64,000 nt of DNA from an uncultured Gemmataceae bacterium (GTDB lineage: Bacteria > Planctomycetota > Planctomycetia > Gemmatales > Gemmataceae): the NCBI GenBank assembly GCA_963750165.1, contig CAVVPN010000001.1, forward strand, positions 32,001-96,000. Direction: 5' to 3'. Of this stretch, positions 41,494-49,890 are shown piece by piece (position 1 is the stretch's first letter; every line of letters begins with the position of its first letter). Below the pieces are notes generated by a model. It did not search any database and was not told the origin of the DNA. It saw only the letters and a list, made by a program, of their open reading frames with translations. The position numbers and the translations under genes were made by a program.

Positions 41494-44034
41494 ATGACAG
41501 GCACTCACCTTCGTTGGGCCACACTGCTCGCCTTCCTGGCTCTGATCGCCTCTGTCCAGACACTGACCGGACAGGAATTATACGGAAAGAAAAACGCCAG
41601 GGGCGACACCATCGCCATGCCCAAACCGACCGAAGTCCAGGCCCTGAGCGTGTTTCCCACCAGCGTCACCCTCAAGGGCACCGACGACTCCGCCCAGCTC
41701 GTGCTGACGGCCAAACTCGCCCAGCGCCAGCAGGATCTGACCGGCGACGCGAAGTACGCCATCGCCGACCCCAGGGTGGCCCGCGTCACCAGCAGCGGCC
41801 GGATCATCCCGCTGAGCAACGGCAAGACAACCCTCACCGCCACCTATGGCGACAAAGCGATCCAGGTGCCACTCGTCACCGAGAGCTGCGACGTGAACCT
41901 GCCGATCAACTTCCCGAACGACGTCGTGCCGATCTTCACGAAACTCGGCTGCAACAGCGGCGGCTGCCACGGCAAGTCCGGCGGTCAGAACGGCTTTGCC
42001 CTGAGCCTGCTCGGCTTCGTGCCGGAGCTGGACTACCAGACGCTCGTCAAGGAGAACCGCGGCCGCCGGGTGTTGCCGCAGGCCCCCGAGCACAGCCTGT
42101 TGCTGGTCAAGGCGACCGGCGTCATGGCGCACGCGGGCGGCAAGCGCATGGAGGTCGGTTCCGACGAGTACAAGCTCGTCAAGCGCTGGATCGCCTCCGG
42201 CACGCCCTTCGGCAAGAAGGACGACCCGACCGTCGCGAAGATCACGGTCCATCCCGAGCACCGCATTCTGTCGCGCAACAACCGCCAGCAATTCGCGGTC
42301 CTGGCCCACTACACCGACGGCAGCGTCCATGACGTGACGCAGCGCGCCCAGTACGAGAGCAACGACCAGGAAATCGCGGTGGTCGATGGCGCCGGCCTGG
42401 TGCGGACGCTGGAGATGAGCGGCGAGGCGGCGATCATGGCCCGCTATCAGGGCAACGTCGCGGTCTTCCGCGCCACGGTGCCGCTCGGCGTGAAGACCCC
42501 CGCCTTCGCGTTCGAGCCGAAGACCGTCGTGGATCGCTTCACGCTGAAGAAGTGGAAGGAACTTGGCATCGTGCCGTCCGGCCTGAGCGGCGACGAGGTA
42601 TTCCTGCGGCGTGTGTCGCTCGACCTGACCGGCACCCTGCCGACGCCGACGCAGATCAAGGAGTTCCTGGCCGACCGGTCGCCGAACAAGCGCGACCGGC
42701 TCATCGACCGGCTGCTGGAGACGCCGGAGTATGCGTACCTGTTCGCGAACAAGTGGGCGGACATTCTGCGCGTGAAGCGCGGTCAGAATCAGCCGTCGCG
42801 GGCGCAGGGCACCTTCGCGTTCCACCGCTGGATCCAGCACGCGATGGCGTCGGACCTGCCCTATGACCAGTTCGTCCGCGAAATCCTGGCCGCCAGCGGC
42901 GACGAGACGCAATCGCCGCCGACGTTGTGGTTCCGCTCGCTGACGAAGCCGGAAGAGTTCGTGGACGACACCGCCCAGGTGTTTCTGGGCCTGCGCATCG
43001 CCTGCGCCCAGTGCCACCACCACCCGTACGAGAAGTGGAGCCAGGACGACTACTGGGGCATGGCCGCGTTCTTCGGCCGCGTCGGCCGCAAGAACGTGCA
43101 GCGGCCCGGTGGCTTCGCCAACCAGCAGGACATCGTGCAGGTGATCTTCAGCCGGCCCAACGGCAATGTCACCAACAAGCGCACCGGCAAGGTGGCGCCG
43201 ATGCAGCCGCTGGACGGCGCGCCGATGAAGGTCAGCGCCGACGATGACCCGCGGCACAAGCTGGTTGATTGGATGACGGACGCCAGGAATCCGTTCTTCG
43301 CGCGGGCGGTGGCCAACCGCTACTGGGCGCACTTCTTCAACCGCGGCATCGTCGATCCCCTGGACGACATGCGCATCACCAATCCGCCGTCGAACCCCGA
43401 ACTGCTCGACGCGCTGGCAAAGGAGCTGATCGACAGCAAGTTCAGCCTGAAGCACCTGGTGCGGACCATCGTCAAGAGCCGGACGTATCAGTTGAGTGCG
43501 GTGCCGAACGAGTTCAACAAGCACGACAAGCAGACGTACGCCCGCTACTACCCGCGGCGCATGGGTGCCGAGGTGCTGTTCGACGCCATCAATCAGGTGA
43601 CCAACGCGCCGGCGACGTTCAATGGGTTGCCGCAGGACAGGCTGGCGCCGAAGCGGGCGATCATGCTGCCGGACGAGGCGTTCGCGTCGTACTTCCTGGA
43701 CGTGTTCGGCCGGCCGCAGCGCATCAGTGCCTGCGAGTGCGAGCGCGTCAGCGAGGCCAATTTGGCCCAGGCGCTGCACCTGCTCAACTCCGACGAGGTG
43801 CAGAACAAGCTGGCTCGCCAGGGCGGCCGCGCCGACCTGCTGGCCAAGGACAAGCGGCCGGACGCCGAGAAGGTCGAGGAGCTGTTCCTGTGGGTGCTCA
43901 ACCGCCGGCCGTCCGCCACGGACCTGCAGGTGTCGCTGGCCCACATCGAGCGGCACGCCATGAACAAGCGGATCGCTTACGAAAACATCCTGTGGGCGCT
44001 GGTGAACACGAAGGAGTTTGTGTTTAATCAATGA
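41494..44034 (+). CDS. DUF1549/DUF1553 protein with Ig-like (Big_2) domains
   Basis: GCNSGGCHG, FLRRVSLDL.G.LPT, CAQCHHHPYEKWSQ, NPPSNPELLDALA, CECER. Confidence 0.92.
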   Translation: MTGTHLRWATLLAFLALIASVQTLTGQELYGKKNARGDTIAMPKPTEVQALSVFPTSVTLKGTDDSAQLVLTAKLAQRQQDLTGDAKYAIADPRVARVTSSGRIIPLSNGKTTLTATYGDKAIQVPLVTESCDVNLPINFPNDVVPIFTKLGCNSGGCHGKSGGQNGFALSLLGFVPELDYQTLVKENRGRRVLPQAPEHSLLLVKATGVMAHAGGKRMEVGSDEYKLVKRWIASGTPFGKKDDPTVAKITVHPEHRILSRNNRQQFAVLAHYTDGSVHDVTQRAQYESNDQEIAVVDGAGLVRTLEMSGEAAIMARYQGNVAVFRATVPLGVKTPAFAFEPKTVVDRFTLKKWKELGIVPSGLSGDEVFLRRVSLDLTGTLPTPTQIKEFLADRSPNKRDRLIDRLLETPEYAYLFANKWADILRVKRGQNQPSRAQGTFAFHRWIQHAMASDLPYDQFVREILAASGDETQSPPTLWFRSLTKPEEFVDDTAQVFLGLRIACAQCHHHPYEKWSQDDYWGMAAFFGRVGRKNVQRPGGFANQQDIVQVIFSRPNGNVTNKRTGKVAPMQPLDGAPMKVSADDDPRHKLVDWMTDARNPFFARAVANRYWAHFFNRGIVDPLDDMRITNPPSNPELLDALAKELIDSKFSLKHLVRTIVKSRTYQLSAVPNEFNKHDKQTYARYYPRRMGAEVLFDAINQVTNAPATFNGLPQDRLAPKRAIMLPDEAFASYFLDVFGRPQRISACECERVSEANLAQALHLLNSDEVQNKLARQGGRADLLAKDKRPDAEKVEELFLWVLNRRPSATDLQVSLAHIERHAMNKRIAYENILWALVNTKEFVFNQ

Positions 44035-44055
44035 GCGCTGAGAATAGACGGGTTT

Positions 44056-44151
44056 CCCAGTCCTACTGTGGGAGGGGAATGGAAGAGGTGCAGGACGGCT
44101 CTCCAGAGCTTTCCTGCACCTCTTCCATTCCCCTCCACAGTAGAATTGGGA
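44056..44151. repeat. Long hairpin enclosing a degenerate GACGGCTCTCCAGAGC REP
   Basis: CTACTGTGGGAGGGGAATGGAAGAGGTGCAGGA ... TCCTGCACCTCTTCCATTCCCCTCCACAGTAG. Confidence 0.85.
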
Positions 44152-44227
44152 GTGATCGAAGATCGATCACTCACACAATCCGAAGCGCCAAAAAGAAACC
44201 GAATGGCAGGTAGCGGCAAGCGCTGGT

Positions 44228-44331
44228 GAACCCGAGGCCGCGTCATGAACAGTACCGAACTGACCTGGCAACTGGTCGATCCGTGGACGAAGTCGGGTTG
44301 GCTGATCCTCGGCGGCGCTGCGGCGCTGCTG
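44228..44331 (+). repeat. Diverged direct repeat copy B
   Basis: Matches 41109-41212. Confidence 0.93.
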
Positions 44332-46593
44332 ACGCTGCTGACGCTGTGGACGTACTGGGGCGTGCGCCACGTCGGCCGCCGTCGAATCGCCACGGTGCTG
44401 GCGCTGCGGCTGCTGGCGCTGCTGATCGCCTGCCTGTTGCTGACGCGGCCGGGCCTGGCGGTGCGCGACACGACGCCCGTGCCGTCGAAACTGCTCGTGC
44501 TGATGGACGCCTCCAAAAGCATGGGCATCCGCGACTGCGACGGCCAATCGCGCTGGGAAGAGGTCCGGCGCATCTGGCGGAGTGAAGAGGTGCGGCAGGC
44601 GCTGGAGCGGTTGCAGAACGAGCAGCAGGTGGAGCTGGTCTACTACCAGGGCGCGGAGGGCGTGGGCAAGCTCAACCTGGACGGCGAGCCGCGCGGCAGC
44701 CGCACGCACATCGGCGCCTGGCTGCAGCGGCTGCGCGAGCACCACGTCAAGGACGGCAACCTGCGCGGCCTGCTGCTGTTCAGCGACTTCATCGACAACG
44801 GCGGTCGCGGCAAGGCGGAGGACGCGGCGGGCCCCTTCCGCGAGATGAACTGTCCGATTTACACCTTCCTGGTGGGCAAGACCAGCACCGACCCGCTGGA
44901 CCGCGACGTGGCCGTGGTCGCCGTCAAGGCGGTGCCGGCGACTGCCGCCGTCAAGGCCCCGCTCCGCGCCACCGCTGTCATCGATGTCAACAAGTTCGAT
45001 CGCCCCACCGTGACCGTCCACCTGTTCGCCGAGGGCATGGGCGACGGCAATCCGGTCGCCACGCGGCAGGTGCTGCTGGAGAAGGCGCGCGGCAACGAGG
45101 TCGAACTCGGCCCCATCTTCCCGGAACGGGCGGGCGAACTGAAGCTGACGGTCAAGGTTGAGAAACTGATCGGCGAAACCAACGACCGCAACAACGAGAT
45201 GAGCACCTACGTGAACGTGACGCGCGAGGGCATCAGCGTGCTGTGGGTGGAGGGCCGGCCGCGACCGTGGGAGCCCGTGTTCGCCCTGCGCTACGCCCTG
45301 CTGCGTGACCCGCGCTTCCGCGTCACCTACACCGAACCGCCGCCCGGCGGCTTTGCCGGCGACTGGTACGAGTTCAAGAAACGCGCCAGAGAGGGTCAGC
45401 AGTACGACGTGATCGTCATTGGCGACATTTCCGCGCAGCAGTTCAGCGGCGGCCAGGCGGCGACCGTGGCCGAGGTGAGCCGGCTGGTGAAGGAGAAGGG
45501 CGTCGGCCTGCTGATGCTGGCCGGCCGCCAGACGTTCGCCAACAGCGACTGGCAGGAGCCGCAGTATGACGCGCTGACGAAGTTGCTGCCCGTGCAGTTG
45601 CCGGCGGAGAAACCGGAAAAGGGCCGCGTCGCTGGGCCGGTGAAGCTGGAGCCGACGTCGTCGGGCCTGGCGTACCTGCTGCGGTTGGATGCGAAGGACG
45701 CGGCAGAGTTCTGGAAGCGCGACCTGTTCGAGCCGCTCGACGGCATGGTGCCGCTGGGCACGCCGCGGCCGGGGGCGACGGTGTACGCGAATAGCGACAG
45801 CGGGAAGCCGCTGCTGGTGGGCGATGTGGTCAGCGGGGCGCGCGTGCTGGCGTTCGGCGCCGACACCACCTGGAAGGCGTGGCGGCGCAAAACCGAGGCG
45901 GTCGCCGCTTACGAACGCTTCTGGAAGCAGGTGATTCTCTGGCTGGCGAAGCAGGAGGAGACGCCGGGCGTGGCCTGGATCAAGCCGGACACGCGCCGCG
46001 AGCTGGCGGGCGCCCAGAAGCGCGTCGGCTTCCTGGCGGGCATGCGCGGCAAGAAGGGCGAGGAGCTGAAGGACGCGAAGCTGTGGGCGCAGATGATCGG
46101 GCCGGACGGCAAGAAGGTCGGCCCGAGGCGGCCGCTGACGGGGGTGGAGAAGGGCGGCCGCCACGGCCTGACACCGGAGATCGACGAACCGGGCGAGTAC
46201 ACGATTGAGGTGACCGCCGAGGGCGTGGAGGACGGCAAGCCGGTGACGGGCACGGCGAAGGCGCGCTTCCTGGCGTACACGGAGGACATCGAGATGGCGC
46301 GCTGGGCCGCGGACGACAAGTTACTGGAGGAACTGGCCCGGCGGAGCGGCGGTCGGGTGATCGCCGGCGAGGACCAGTTGCTGGCGCTGCTGCAGAGCCT
46401 GGGCGAGCGCGCGGCGGCGGACGACCGGACGCGCGTGGACCGCTGGCCGGACTGGGGCCAGAAGCCGTTGTCCGAATCGACGCCGGACCAGCTGCAGGCG
46501 CTGTGGGGCTCGGGGGCGCTGCTGTGCATGGTGGCGTTTACGCTGCTGATCTGCACCGAGTGGCTGCTGCGGCGGCGCTGGGGGCTGGTGTGA
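44245..46593 (+). CDS. Membrane protein with vWA-like and glutamine-amidotransferase-like domains (BatA-operon partner)
   Basis: N-terminal TMs, LMDASKSM, LLFSD, YDVIVIGD, RFWKQVILWLA, C-terminal EWLLRRRWGLV. Confidence 0.85.
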   Translation: MNSTELTWQLVDPWTKSGWLILGGAAALLTLLTLWTYWGVRHVGRRRIATVLALRLLALLIACLLLTRPGLAVRDTTPVPSKLLVLMDASKSMGIRDCDGQSRWEEVRRIWRSEEVRQALERLQNEQQVELVYYQGAEGVGKLNLDGEPRGSRTHIGAWLQRLREHHVKDGNLRGLLLFSDFIDNGGRGKAEDAAGPFREMNCPIYTFLVGKTSTDPLDRDVAVVAVKAVPATAAVKAPLRATAVIDVNKFDRPTVTVHLFAEGMGDGNPVATRQVLLEKARGNEVELGPIFPERAGELKLTVKVEKLIGETNDRNNEMSTYVNVTREGISVLWVEGRPRPWEPVFALRYALLRDPRFRVTYTEPPPGGFAGDWYEFKKRAREGQQYDVIVIGDISAQQFSGGQAATVAEVSRLVKEKGVGLLMLAGRQTFANSDWQEPQYDALTKLLPVQLPAEKPEKGRVAGPVKLEPTSSGLAYLLRLDAKDAAEFWKRDLFEPLDGMVPLGTPRPGATVYANSDSGKPLLVGDVVSGARVLAFGADTTWKAWRRKTEAVAAYERFWKQVILWLAKQEETPGVAWIKPDTRRELAGAQKRVGFLAGMRGKKGEELKDAKLWAQMIGPDGKKVGPRRPLTGVEKGGRHGLTPEIDEPGEYTIEVTAEGVEDGKPVTGTAKARFLAYTEDIEMARWAADDKLLEELARRSGGRVIAGEDQLLALLQSLGERAAADDRTRVDRWPDWGQKPLSESTPDQLQALWGSGALLCMVAFTLLICTEWLLRRRWGLV

Positions 46594-46654
46594 TGCATTC
46601 TCCCCTCGCCCCTCTGGAGGGGGCGAGGGGTCGGGGGTGAGGGGGTCGATCTCC

Positions 46655-47575
46655 ATGCCGCGCGTCGTATCACTGATCGCCAGCGCCACCGAAATGGTCT
46701 GCGCTCTGGGCTTCGAGGCGGACCTGGTCGGCCGCTCCCACGAGTGCGACTATCCGGAGTCCGTCAAGCGCCTGCCGGTGTGTACCGCCCCGAAGTTCGA
46801 CGTGACCGGCGGCAGCCTGGACATCGACCGTCGCGTCAAGGAACTGCTGCAAGAGGCGACTTCCGTCTACCGCGTGGACGCCGAACTGCTGCGGCACCTG
46901 CGGCCGGACGTGATCGTGACGCAGGCGCAGTGCGAGGTGTGCGCCGTTAGCCTGCGCGACGTGGAGGCGGCGGTCTGCGGTTGGCTGGGCGCCGGCGTGC
47001 GCGTCGTATCGCTGCAGCCGAACGCGCTGGCGGACGTGTGGACCGACCTGCGTGCCGTCGCGGCGGCGCTGGGTGTGCCGGAGCGCGGCGAAGCACTGGT
47101 GGGCGAGTACCTGCGGCGCATCGACACCATTGCGGACCGCGCCCGCGACTTGCCGGCGCGGCCGACCGTGGCGTGCGTGGAGTGGGTCGAGCCACTGATG
47201 GCCGCGGGCAACTGGGTGCCGGAACTGGTCGCACTGGCGGGCGGCGTCGATCTGTTCGGCAGCGCCGGCAAGCACGCGCCGTGGATGACGTGGCAGCAGT
47301 TGCGCGAGCGCGACCCGGACGTGATCGTCGCGCTGCCGTGCGGCTTCGATCTGGAGCGCACACGCACGGAGATGATGGCGCTGACGCGGCTGCCGGAGTG
47401 GCCGGCGCTGCGGGCGGTGCGCGCTGACCGGGTGATCGTGACGGACGGCAACCAGTTTTTCAATCGCCCGGGGCCGCGGCTGGTGGAGTCGCTGGAAATC
47501 CTGGCGGAAGTGCTGCACCCGGAGACGTTCCACTTCGGCCACGAGGGCACGGGCTGGCGGCGGTTGGTTTCCTGA
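46655..47575 (+). CDS. BtuF-like cobalamin/Fe-siderophore ABC substrate-binding protein
   Basis: RVVSLIASATEMVCALG, GRSHECDYP, TQAQCEVCAV, FNRPGPRLVESLEILA. Confidence 0.88.
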   Translation: MPRVVSLIASATEMVCALGFEADLVGRSHECDYPESVKRLPVCTAPKFDVTGGSLDIDRRVKELLQEATSVYRVDAELLRHLRPDVIVTQAQCEVCAVSLRDVEAAVCGWLGAGVRVVSLQPNALADVWTDLRAVAAALGVPERGEALVGEYLRRIDTIADRARDLPARPTVACVEWVEPLMAAGNWVPELVALAGGVDLFGSAGKHAPWMTWQQLRERDPDVIVALPCGFDLERTRTEMMALTRLPEWPALRAVRADRVIVTDGNQFFNRPGPRLVESLEILAEVLHPETFHFGHEGTGWRRLVS

Positions 47576-47645
47576 GCGGCGGACATGGCGGCCGCATTTT
47601 TTCGCGAACCCAGGCACGGGGCGGCGGGTCTTGAGAGTGTGAGCC

Positions 47646-47720
47646 GTCCTCGTGGAGCTGTCCGGAGTGCTCGCCACTCTTTCAAGGTGGAGATCATGGG
47701 TTCAAATCCCATCGAGGACA
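47646..47720 (+). tRNA. tRNA-Glu(TTC); no encoded CCA; U at position 14
   Basis: Acceptor GTCCTCG/CGAGGAC, anticodon arm CCACT-ctTTCaa-GGTGG, T arm ATGGG-TTCAAAT-CCCAT. Confidence 0.88.
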
Positions 47721-47725
47721 CTGGA

Positions 47726-47758
47726 AAAGGCACTTATGCAAGTCATAAGTGCCTTTTT
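47726..47758 (+). terminator. Intrinsic terminator after tRNA-Glu (island-borne)
   Basis: AAAAGGCACTTATG-caagt-CATAAGTGCCTTTT followed by a T run. Confidence 0.75.
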
Positions 47759-48224
47759 TCTTGTCTTTGCGTCAGTGATATTCCATTCAAAGACCCCTAC
47801 AAACCGAAAAGTGTATCGGATTTTCGTTGCCAAGACTGCCATTTCCGGTATCCCACACACGATTTGAAACATCAGGGGAAGCGTACCACGACGGTTGTAA
47901 CAAGGTGTGTGCCAGCTTGAACGCCATTCGGCCCCAGGACGTTGTTGAACGGGTGAGGGGGTTGTGATGGGGTGTGGTTGCAAGGGCGGCGGCAGCGGCA
48001 GCCCGTTGACCTCGACGGCCCCGACCTCGACCACGGCCAGGACGGCGGCGGCAGCCCCTCGACCTCGACCCCTACCCAGCGGGACCGAATTGCGGCGGTT
48101 GTTGGAGACGTTGCGCAAGGGGTAATCGCCTGCAACCTCGAACAATTCTTGTAGTCAGCACCGATCAAGGACAAAGACACTGGCGGGAATGTCCGCCGGT
48201 GTCTATTGCTTGTGCCAGACTTGG

Positions 48225-48788
48225 TTACTTCTTCTCTGGTTGGTGGGGGCGGGGTTCAACCTTTCTGAGCCGTTCCATGTAGTTCTCGGTCCCACCTTGC
48301 ACGTCAAAGACAAACCTGAATGCGTCCCCCGCCTTGCCTGTTACTTCGCCTTCAAGTTGTTTGATGCTGCTTTTCGTAAGTGTGACGTTATCCTTGTCGA
48401 AAAGGTAAATCCACAATCCAGGGTTAGGGTACTGTTTGCTGGGCGATGCCCACGGCATGAATGCCTTTTGCAAGGCGGCAACGTCGTCAACGTCTTTGGT
48501 AAACTCCACCAGAACCTTAATCAAGTGGTATCCGCCCGTTTTCATCACGGTCGCAGACTTGAATTTGATTCCCCAAGTCTTGTCGAGATAGCCGCATTCG
48601 TATTTGATTTCCTGTTCCTTCTTGTCCCCTTCCTTCTTGTCCCCTTCCGTGAACAAGGTTTCCTGTCCCTTGCGTTCCTGTTCCTTCCTGGCAACGTCCG
48701 AACCCTTGTTCTCTGGTTCCTTCCTGTCGGCATCCGAAGCGGCGAAGCAGCCTGCCAAGATCAACGCCAGCGGTGTGAAAGCCTTCAT
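48225..48788 (-). CDS. Hypothetical predicted lipoprotein (paralogue of 48803-49249)
   Basis: MKAFTPLALILAGC lipobox; KTWGIKFKS, VEFTKD, LFDKDNV, GEVTGKAGDAFR. Confidence 0.75.
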   Translation of the reverse strand: MKAFTPLALILAGCFAASDADRKEPENKGSDVARKEQERKGQETLFTEGDKKEGDKKEQEIKYECGYLDKTWGIKFKSATVMKTGGYHLIKVLVEFTKDVDDVAALQKAFMPWASPSKQYPNPGLWIYLFDKDNVTLTKSSIKQLEGEVTGKAGDAFRFVFDVQGGTENYMERLRKVEPRPHQPEKK

Positions 48789-48802
48789 GGTCGGTTCCCC
48801 TT

Positions 48803-49249
48803 TTACTTGATGACCCGCAATTCAACCTTCACAACTTTGTGCGGATTGTTGCTACCACGCACCAACAGGCGAAACCGATCACCTTTTGCCCCTGTCAATT
48901 CCGAAGTCGCAAAGAAAAAAGATTGCTTCTCAGTCACCACATTATCTTTGTCGAAGAAGAAAAACGCCACCGTTTTTGACCTGATTTTTTCGTCAGAAGG
49001 AAATGCTTCTCTCAGTTTCTTCAACTGTTCGGGCTGCAAGTCTTTGGTAAACTCGAATAGCACGTTGTACGGCGCAAGATTTCCCTCGTTGTAATCCATC
49101 GACTTCACTTTCAATCCCCAAGTCTTTTCAGCAAGATCGAAATTCCACTTCTCCAATGGGAGGGGCGGTTTTTTCTTGTCGCCACCACCAACCACCGAGG
49201 AACCGAAGCAAAGGACCACGGCAAGGGCAAACAGTGTCAGAAACTTCAT
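48803..49249 (-). CDS. Hypothetical exported protein (paralogue of 48225-48788)
   Basis: MKFLTLFALAVVLCFG; KTWGLKVKS, FEFTKD, FFDKDNV, SELTGAKGDRFR. Confidence 0.75.
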   Translation of the reverse strand: MKFLTLFALAVVLCFGSSVVGGGDKKKPPLPLEKWNFDLAEKTWGLKVKSMDYNEGNLAPYNVLFEFTKDLQPEQLKKLREAFPSDEKIRSKTVAFFFFDKDNVVTEKQSFFFATSELTGAKGDRFRLLVRGSNNPHKVVKVELRVIK

Positions 49250-49664
49250 GGTCGGTACTCCCTGGCGTTTGGGGAAGAAAGAAAGTGTCCCGCCCCCAAC
49301 CGTTTGCCGTCGCCCAGTCAGCAAAGTCCAGCAAGCGGGACAAAGAGGATTGTACGGGGCCGAAATGTACGCCGCAAGCAAAAACCGACCTCGACGGAAG
49401 CAGCGGCCCCGACCTCGACCACGGCAGCGGCCAGCTACGGCAGCGGCCAGGAAGGCGGCGGGCTGCCGACCTCGACGGCAAACCGCGAACCTTTCTGGGG
49501 GTGGGCTGTCTTGAGGGTGTATCGGACGTATCGGATTTTGTATCGGATTTTTCGCCCTGAACCCGTTTTTCCGACACAACCCGATTCGTACAAGTCCTTG
49601 AACAGAAAGGGCTTTGCGGCGAAGATTTTTTCGCGGCAGCCCATCCCATCGAGGACACTACCTT

Positions 49665-49736
49665 ACCCTGGTGGTGAAACGGACATCATTTCACCTTGCG
49701 AAGGTGACGTTCCTGGTTCGAGTCCAGGCCGGGGTA
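49665..49736 (+). tRNA. tRNA-Arg(GCG); no encoded CCA
   Basis: Acceptor ACCCTGG/CCGGGGT, anticodon arm TCACC-ttGCGaa-GGTGA, T arm CCTGG-TTCGAGT-CCAGG. Confidence 0.88.
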
Positions 49737-49890
49737 CATCAACACGCGGAGGGCCCGGCGACAGCCGGGCTTCCGTCATTTCTACCGCCCACCAAACGAT
49801 CGCTTTTTTGCCGCCAACGGAATGAGCCCGTCTGCGTTCAACAGGCGGAGGGTTGGTGCCCTCTTCAATTCCCCCAAGGGAGAGTCCCCA

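Larger units (their letters stand above)
47706..49659. mobile_element. Integrase-less mini genomic island (~1.9 kb) integrated at the tRNA-Glu 3' end
   Basis: ATCCCATCGAGGACACT at 47706-47722 and 49643-49659; GTATCGGA(TTTT) repeats near both ends; lower GC cargo. Confidence 0.85.

Noticed and set aside
47760..48220. Integrase remnant in the island left arm
   Set aside because: No frame shows tyrosine-recombinase HxxR or catalytic Y motifs, or serine-recombinase motifs
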